The position numbers and the translations under genes are program-made. Shown here in pieces: positions 35,570 to 38,198 of a stretch of DNA of 38,198 bases. Under the pieces are notes generated by a model, which was not told where the DNA came from, did not search any database, and was given only the letters and a program-made list of their open reading frames with translations. Position 1 is the first letter of the stretch; every line of letters begins with the position of its first letter. The stretch is taken from positions 1-38,198 of the forward strand of contig JBAXKK010000016.1 in assembly GCA_037137395.1 (NCBI GenBank), given 5' to 3'. Origin of the DNA: Elusimicrobiota bacterium. Lineage in GTDB: Bacteria; Elusimicrobiota; Elusimicrobia; Elusimicrobiales; UBA9959.

Positions 35570-36251
35570 TTTGTTTGGCCGTCTGCGACGGCGCCGGCAT
35601 AGCCTTGCCCGCGGCCGGCTTCTTCTTCTTGGCCAGCCAGGGTATGCTGAAGACGAGTGAATATTTGGGAGTGAGCGAGCCGCCGTTCAGGCTGACGCCG
35701 ATATTGCCGGCATTAAGGCGGCCCAGTATTGCCGCAAGAGTACCTAAGTCTGACTGATAAATCGGTTTGCTTTCAGCTTCGGGTTCGGGGCAGGCGTATA
35801 TATAGCGCGGGTCTCCGAGATCCAGCCCCTCGGCGGCGACTTCCTGGTCGATAAGTTCGGATACCACCTTAAGGCCCGTTTCAGCGAAGACAAGCGCGGC
35901 GGTCTCGGCGAGCCTGAAAAGCTCCGGGTCGGTTATGGCTTTCAGTTTCTCCCCGAAGGCCGCCCCGAGAGTTATGATTCCGACAGTTCCGGCCCCGCCG
36001 TCCGTGAGCCCGTCCTTTTTAGCCAGGTCATCCTCCGGCGTCAGGAGGTCGAACATTGTGGAGGGTTCCAGGGACGCGGCTATAGAGGCGACATATTCCC
36101 TGGCGCTTTCCTGGTCGGCCAGGCCAAGGGCGAACAGGTCTATCTTGCGCTTTTTAGCTTTGCGCAATATATCGTAGGTGTATATCGGTATCTTGAACTT
36201 CTTTATCTTTCTCACTATTGTTCCATCCTCTACTTTCTTCTGTGCTCCCAT
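35562..36251 (-). CDS. Hypothetical protein resembling a degenerate methionine synthase (MetH) activation domain
   Basis: IITLG, FAE and NIGVSLNGGSLTPKYS pattern, but no RxSPGY motif. Overlaps both neighbours; GTG 36215 is an alternative start. Confidence 0.6.
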   Translation of the reverse strand: MGAQKKVEDGTIVRKIKKFKIPIYTYDILRKAKKRKIDLFALGLADQESAREYVASIAASLEPSTMFDLLTPEDDLAKKDGLTDGGAGTVGIITLGAAFGEKLKAITDPELFRLAETAALVFAETGLKVVSELIDQEVAAEGLDLGDPRYIYACPEPEAESKPIYQSDLGTLAAILGRLNAGNIGVSLNGGSLTPKYSLVFSIPWLAKKKKPAAGKAMPAPSQTAKQNE

Positions 36252-37120
36252 TGATAGACTAGCGGGGTAGCGATGGCGATAGTAGAGTAAGTGCCGGAGA
36301 TGCTGCCCACCAACATAGCGAAGGCGAAATTATTAATAACATCTCCGCCGAAGAAGAAGAGAATAGCCACCACGCACAGCACCGTGGAGTTGGTTATAAG
36401 GGTGCGGGAGAGCGTTTCGTTGAGGCTGACATTCACCAGCTCGCCAAGACGCATCTTGGGGAACTTGTTTATATTTTCGCGCATCCGGTCAAAGATCACT
36501 ATGGTGTCATTGATGGAGTACCCGGCTATCGTCAACAGGGCCGCGACTACCACGAGGTCCACTTCCCGGTTGGTTATGGACATGGCTCCGAAGGTCAAAA
36601 ACACGTCGTGCAGGAGGGCTAAAACTCCGGCCGCGCCCCATATGGGGTTGGAGAACCTGAAGGCCACATATATAATGATGCCGAACAGCGACAATATGAT
36701 CGCGAACATGGCCTTTTTGCTGAGGTCCCGGCCCACCACAGGTCCGACATAGTCCCTGCGCTCTTCAATAAACGCGTTGTCGGGGATGCCGGCCTTAAGG
36801 CCTGTCAGTATCTTGTCCGCTATCTCATTCACGTTCTCCTGCTTTCCTTTGACCTTTATGCCGAAGGCGTTTCTGCCGGTGAAGGTCTGGATGCTGGTCT
36901 CTATATCCGCCGCCTTTACGGCCTTTCTGACTTCCGCGATGGTTATGGGCTTTTCAAATTTCACCTGAAGGAGCGTTCCGCCCGTAAAATCCAGGCCCAT
37001 ATTAACGCCCTTAAAAGCCACTGAGGCGATACCCGCGGCCAAAGCCAGACCTGAGATCGCGAAAAATATATAGCGCTTCGCTATAAAATTAATGTTGGTT
37101 TTCTTGATGAGTTTTATCAT
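36230..37120 (-). CDS. secF: Protein translocase subunit SecF
   Basis: GLDFTGGT, VGPVVG, LLHDV, GYSINDTIVIFDRMRE and TLSRT. Confidence 0.97.
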   Translation of the reverse strand: MIKLIKKTNINFIAKRYIFFAISGLALAAGIASVAFKGVNMGLDFTGGTLLQVKFEKPITIAEVRKAVKAADIETSIQTFTGRNAFGIKVKGKQENVNEIADKILTGLKAGIPDNAFIEERRDYVGPVVGRDLSKKAMFAIILSLFGIIIYVAFRFSNPIWGAAGVLALLHDVFLTFGAMSITNREVDLVVVAALLTIAGYSINDTIVIFDRMRENINKFPKMRLGELVNVSLNETLSRTLITNSTVLCVVAILFFFGGDVINNFAFAMLVGSISGTYSTIAIATPLVYQWEHRRK

Positions 37121-38196
37121 ACGCTGAGCTCCTTGGGATTAGACGTAAGCCAGAATTCGTAGATGGCCCTGGTGATAAACACCGAGGTGAACATACCGAC
37201 CAGCAAACCGATCGTCAGGGTAACGGCAAAGCCTTTTACGGGGCCGGAACCGAACTGGAACAGGAACACGGCCGCTATCCAGGTGGTAACATTGGAGTCC
37301 AGAATGGCGCTCCACGCTTTGTCGTAGGCCGTCGGAATAATCAGGGCGATGGGTTTTGAAAGGGACAGCTCCTCGCGCATCCTCTCAAGGATAAGCACAT
37401 TGGCGTCTATGGCCATCGCCAAGCTGAGGATCATGCCGGCGATGCCGGGCAGGGTCAGCGTGGCTGAGAAATAGCTCATGGCCGCTATCAGCAGGATAAA
37501 GTTTAAGCCCAGCGCGATGTTCGCCACCAAGCCGCCTGCTTTGTAATAGAACATCATAAAAACAACGACGCATAAAAAACCTATCAGAGAGGCCGTAAGA
37601 CCTTTTTTTATTGAGTCTTCGCCGAGGTCAGGCCCAACGACCCGTTTCTCAATTATCCTGACAGGGGCTGGAAGCGCGCCCGCGCGCAGGATTATGGCCA
37701 GGTTCCTGGCCTCTTCCATGGTGAATGATCCTTCAATGATACCCGAGCCGCCGCCTATGCGCGACTTGATCACCGGGGCGGAATGAACCACCCCGTCAAG
37801 GACTATGGCGAGATACTTATCAACATTCTCTCCGGTAAAGCGCTCAAAGATCTTGCCGCCGTCCTTATTAAAGGTGAAAGCTATATTGGGAGTCCCGAAC
37901 TGGCCATCGGTGGAAACCCTGGCGTTTTCCAGATAAGCGCCGGTGATGCCGACTGAAGAAGAAAGCACATAGTATCTGGCCCTGGTGGAACCCTCTTCTC
38001 CGGAGGCCGCTCTGAATAATCCGGCATTCTTAGGCATAAGCTTGGCGATTTCCGCAATAAGCTTGCCGTCCTTGCCGAAGGGGGATTCCGAGAGATCTGA
38101 AACTTTTGTCAGGACCTTTTCAGCTTCCGCGCTTGTGTCCACAAGGCGGAATTCCAGCAGAGCCGTCTTACCTATAAGGTTTTCAGCTTCTTCAGT
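37117..38196 (-). CDS. secD: Protein translocase subunit SecD, C-terminal part; 5' end lies outside the window
   Basis: Frame open to the window edge (IGKTALLEFRLV); LAIVLDG, LRAGALPAP, VGPDLG, TLTLPGIAG, DANVLILER and GPVKGFA. Confidence 0.97.
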   Translation of the reverse strand, partial: TEEAENLIGKTALLEFRLVDTSAEAEKVLTKVSDLSESPFGKDGKLIAEIAKLMPKNAGLFRAASGEEGSTRARYYVLSSSVGITGAYLENARVSTDGQFGTPNIAFTFNKDGGKIFERFTGENVDKYLAIVLDGVVHSAPVIKSRIGGGSGIIEGSFTMEEARNLAIILRAGALPAPVRIIEKRVVGPDLGEDSIKKGLTASLIGFLCVVVFMMFYYKAGGLVANIALGLNFILLIAAMSYFSATLTLPGIAGMILSLAMAIDANVLILERMREELSLSKPIALIIPTAYDKAWSAILDSNVTTWIAAVFLFQFGSGPVKGFAVTLTIGLLVGMFTSVFITRAIYEFWLTSNPKELSV

Positions 38197-38198
38197 AT

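Overview
Bacterial (diderm, LPS-producing) chromosomal window with no rRNA, tRNA, CRISPR array or recognisable transposase. Gene content and style suggest Elusimicrobiota or a similar lineage (inference only). Left to right: (1) the 3' end of pilC, four Cys-rich or short type IV (pseudo)pilins and a secreted HExxH metallopeptidase; (2) nadB-uvrA on the minus strand; (3) a plus-strand operon encoding a UPF0104 flippase-like protein, gamma-carbonic anhydrase, single-domain response regulator, HhH-GPD glycosylase and TPR protein; (4) a roughly 26 kb minus-strand envelope cluster running secD, secF, a degenerate MetH-activation-domain protein, DUF374/LpxJ-like, waaA, a '1.5-domain' GT9, a CE4 deacetylase, GT9, lpxK, gmhB, an ICMT-like methyltransferase, DUF3108, hldA, kdsB, pyrG, kdsA, a Zn-ribbon membrane protein, kdsD, lptC, lptA-like, lptB and a lone Flp-type pilin. 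Two plus-strand modules interrupt this cluster: a SulP-STAS-cNMP transporter, and a two-gene module (small secreted protein with a VYPNP/T9SS-CTD-like domain plus a 1146-aa secreted phage-tail-fibre-like repeat protein) behind a consensus sigma70 promoter that appears to give a leaderless mRNA. Several intergenic spacers carry period-7 repeat arrays, some arranged as inverted pairs and some running into gene ends. The best candidates for an undescribed system are the anchor-plus-fibre module and the heptamer-hairpin family. All calls come from motif recognition by eye; no searches were run.
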